From positions 3,170,146 through 3,234,145 of the forward strand of contig OZ243927.1 in assembly GCA_965213925.1 (NCBI GenBank): a DNA stretch of 64,000 nt, written 5' to 3'. The notes beneath the pieces were generated by a model. That model had not been told where the DNA came from, ran no database searches, and saw only the letters and a program-made list of their open reading frames with translations. This document shows, one piece after another, positions 63,508 to 64,000 of this stretch (positions within the stretch are counted from its first letter, which is position 1; each line of letters opens with the position of its first letter). The DNA comes from Trueperaceae bacterium (GTDB lineage Bacteria; Deinococcota; Deinococci; Deinococcales; Trueperaceae). A program made the translations under genes and the position numbers.

Positions 63508-64000
63508 CTAAGGCGCTAGGCGCTTCTCTCGCAACCTAAGCACCGTTTCGACCTCCGGCTCCGCTGCGGCATCCCGAGCGAGCCGAACGCGGTAGTCGCC
63601 CTCAGCTACAGTCCAGCCGGGGGTATCCGGGTCGTAGGACGCCATCACGCGCAGCTCGTCGCAGATGATGCGCACCGTTGCCGACTGACCCGGCTCGAGC
63701 GCAACGCGCGCCCAGCCCGCGAGACGGAAGGTTGGCTCGTTCGCCCCAGCTGGCTCTACGGATGGCGGCGCGACGTACACCTGCGGTGTGTCGATGCCCG
63801 AATGCTTGCCCGCGTTGCTCACCGTCAGCGACGCCTCGATCAGCCCGTCGCCATTCACCGCAACGGTGACATTGCTGTAGTCAAAGTGCGTGTAGGATAG
63901 ACCGAACCCGAATGGAAACCTCGCCGGTCGCCCCTCACGCGCGTGCCAACGGTAGCCGATATCCACGCCCTCGATGTCGTAGTCGACACCGACATAGTCG
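63508..64000 (-). CDS. glycoside hydrolase family 3 (beta-glucosidase-like), C-terminal part; gene continues past the window end
   Basis: ..FPFGFGLSYTHFDYSN.. followed by an Fn3-like C-terminal domain (..TVSNAGKHSGIDTPQVYV..). The frame is open to nt 64000. Confidence 0.8.
   Translation of the reverse strand, partial: DYVGVDYDIEGVDIGYRWHAREGRPARFPFGFGLSYTHFDYSNVTVAVNGDGLIEASLTVSNAGKHSGIDTPQVYVAPPSVEPAGANEPTFRLAGWARVALEPGQSATVRIICDELRVMASYDPDTPGWTVAEGDYRVRLARDAAAEPEVETVLRLREKRLAP

Noticed and set aside
1-64000. CRISPR arrays, rRNA, tRNA and tmRNA genes.
   Set aside because: All repeat families found are dispersed single copies, not regularly spaced arrays. No cloverleaf-like or rRNA-like sequence was recognised by eye. 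A tRNAscan/Infernal run would be needed to be certain.

Overview
This is a 64-kb bacterial chromosomal window of about 60% GC. Many secreted proteins are acidic and some starts look leaderless. I cannot assign a taxon by eye. No rRNA, tRNA or CRISPR array was recognised.

The window is an accessory-type region that is rich in solute uptake and hydrolase genes, IS remnants and small dispersed repeats. From left to right it contains:
- A split B12-dependent acyl-CoA mutase (large subunit 389..2032, B12-binding subunit 2819..3235). Its specificity residues look like isobutyryl-CoA mutase rather than methylmalonyl-CoA mutase.
- A Uma2 pseudogene, a DUF547 gene and a MoxR-VWA pair.
- A decayed IS630 copy.
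- A minus-strand beta-glucan utilisation locus: LacI regulator, CUT1 ABC transporter, GH144-like/CBM9 lipoprotein, GH94 phosphorylase and a GH144 remnant.
- IS110 and DDE-transposase fragments.
- A DtxR/MntR-regulated metal ABC importer in which both permeases carry C-terminal DtxR-like winged-helix domains.
- A second decayed IS630 copy.
- A CUT1 sugar ABC transporter plus a PHP-domain hydrolase.
- A phosphate-scavenging block: Ugp-like ABC transporter with GDPD, IclR regulator, a second GDPD-like lipoprotein, a PotABCD-like ABC transporter, an MBL hydrolase, a choice-of-anchor-I beta-propeller and, further right, a PhoA-type alkaline phosphatase.
- An apparently intact IS982 copy.
- A GAF-PAS-GGDEF-EAL protein.
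- A GNAT / IS630-like truncation junction.
- A TlpA / FtsX-permease / ABC-ATPase / DUF3299 set that is interrupted by an HxlR gene, a frameshifted quinone oxidoreductase and an orphan DUF433 gene.
- A small module with a third decayed IS630-like copy, two small acidic ORFs, a RES-Xre toxin-antitoxin pair and a tyrosine recombinase.
- The 3' end of a GH3 gene.

The most unusual content is non-coding. There are four families of short dispersed elements:
1. A 111-155 bp MITE-like element with copy-specific 3-bp target duplications and compensatory base changes between copies.
2. 61-66 bp double-hairpin mini-elements. They are inserted to the nucleotide inside IS630 transposase genes, have no target duplication, and one type reads through in frame.
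3. A GGGTAATTCC hairpin repeat.
4. Hairpins with a conserved AACGCGCGC(A/G)(A/T)CT loop and covarying stems. One of these hosts an IS flanked by a perfect 14-bp duplication, and four of the six copies cluster around the recombinase/TA module.

I did not find a clear multi-gene novel protein system. The recombinase plus hairpin-site arrangement and the mini-elements are the best candidates for something undescribed.
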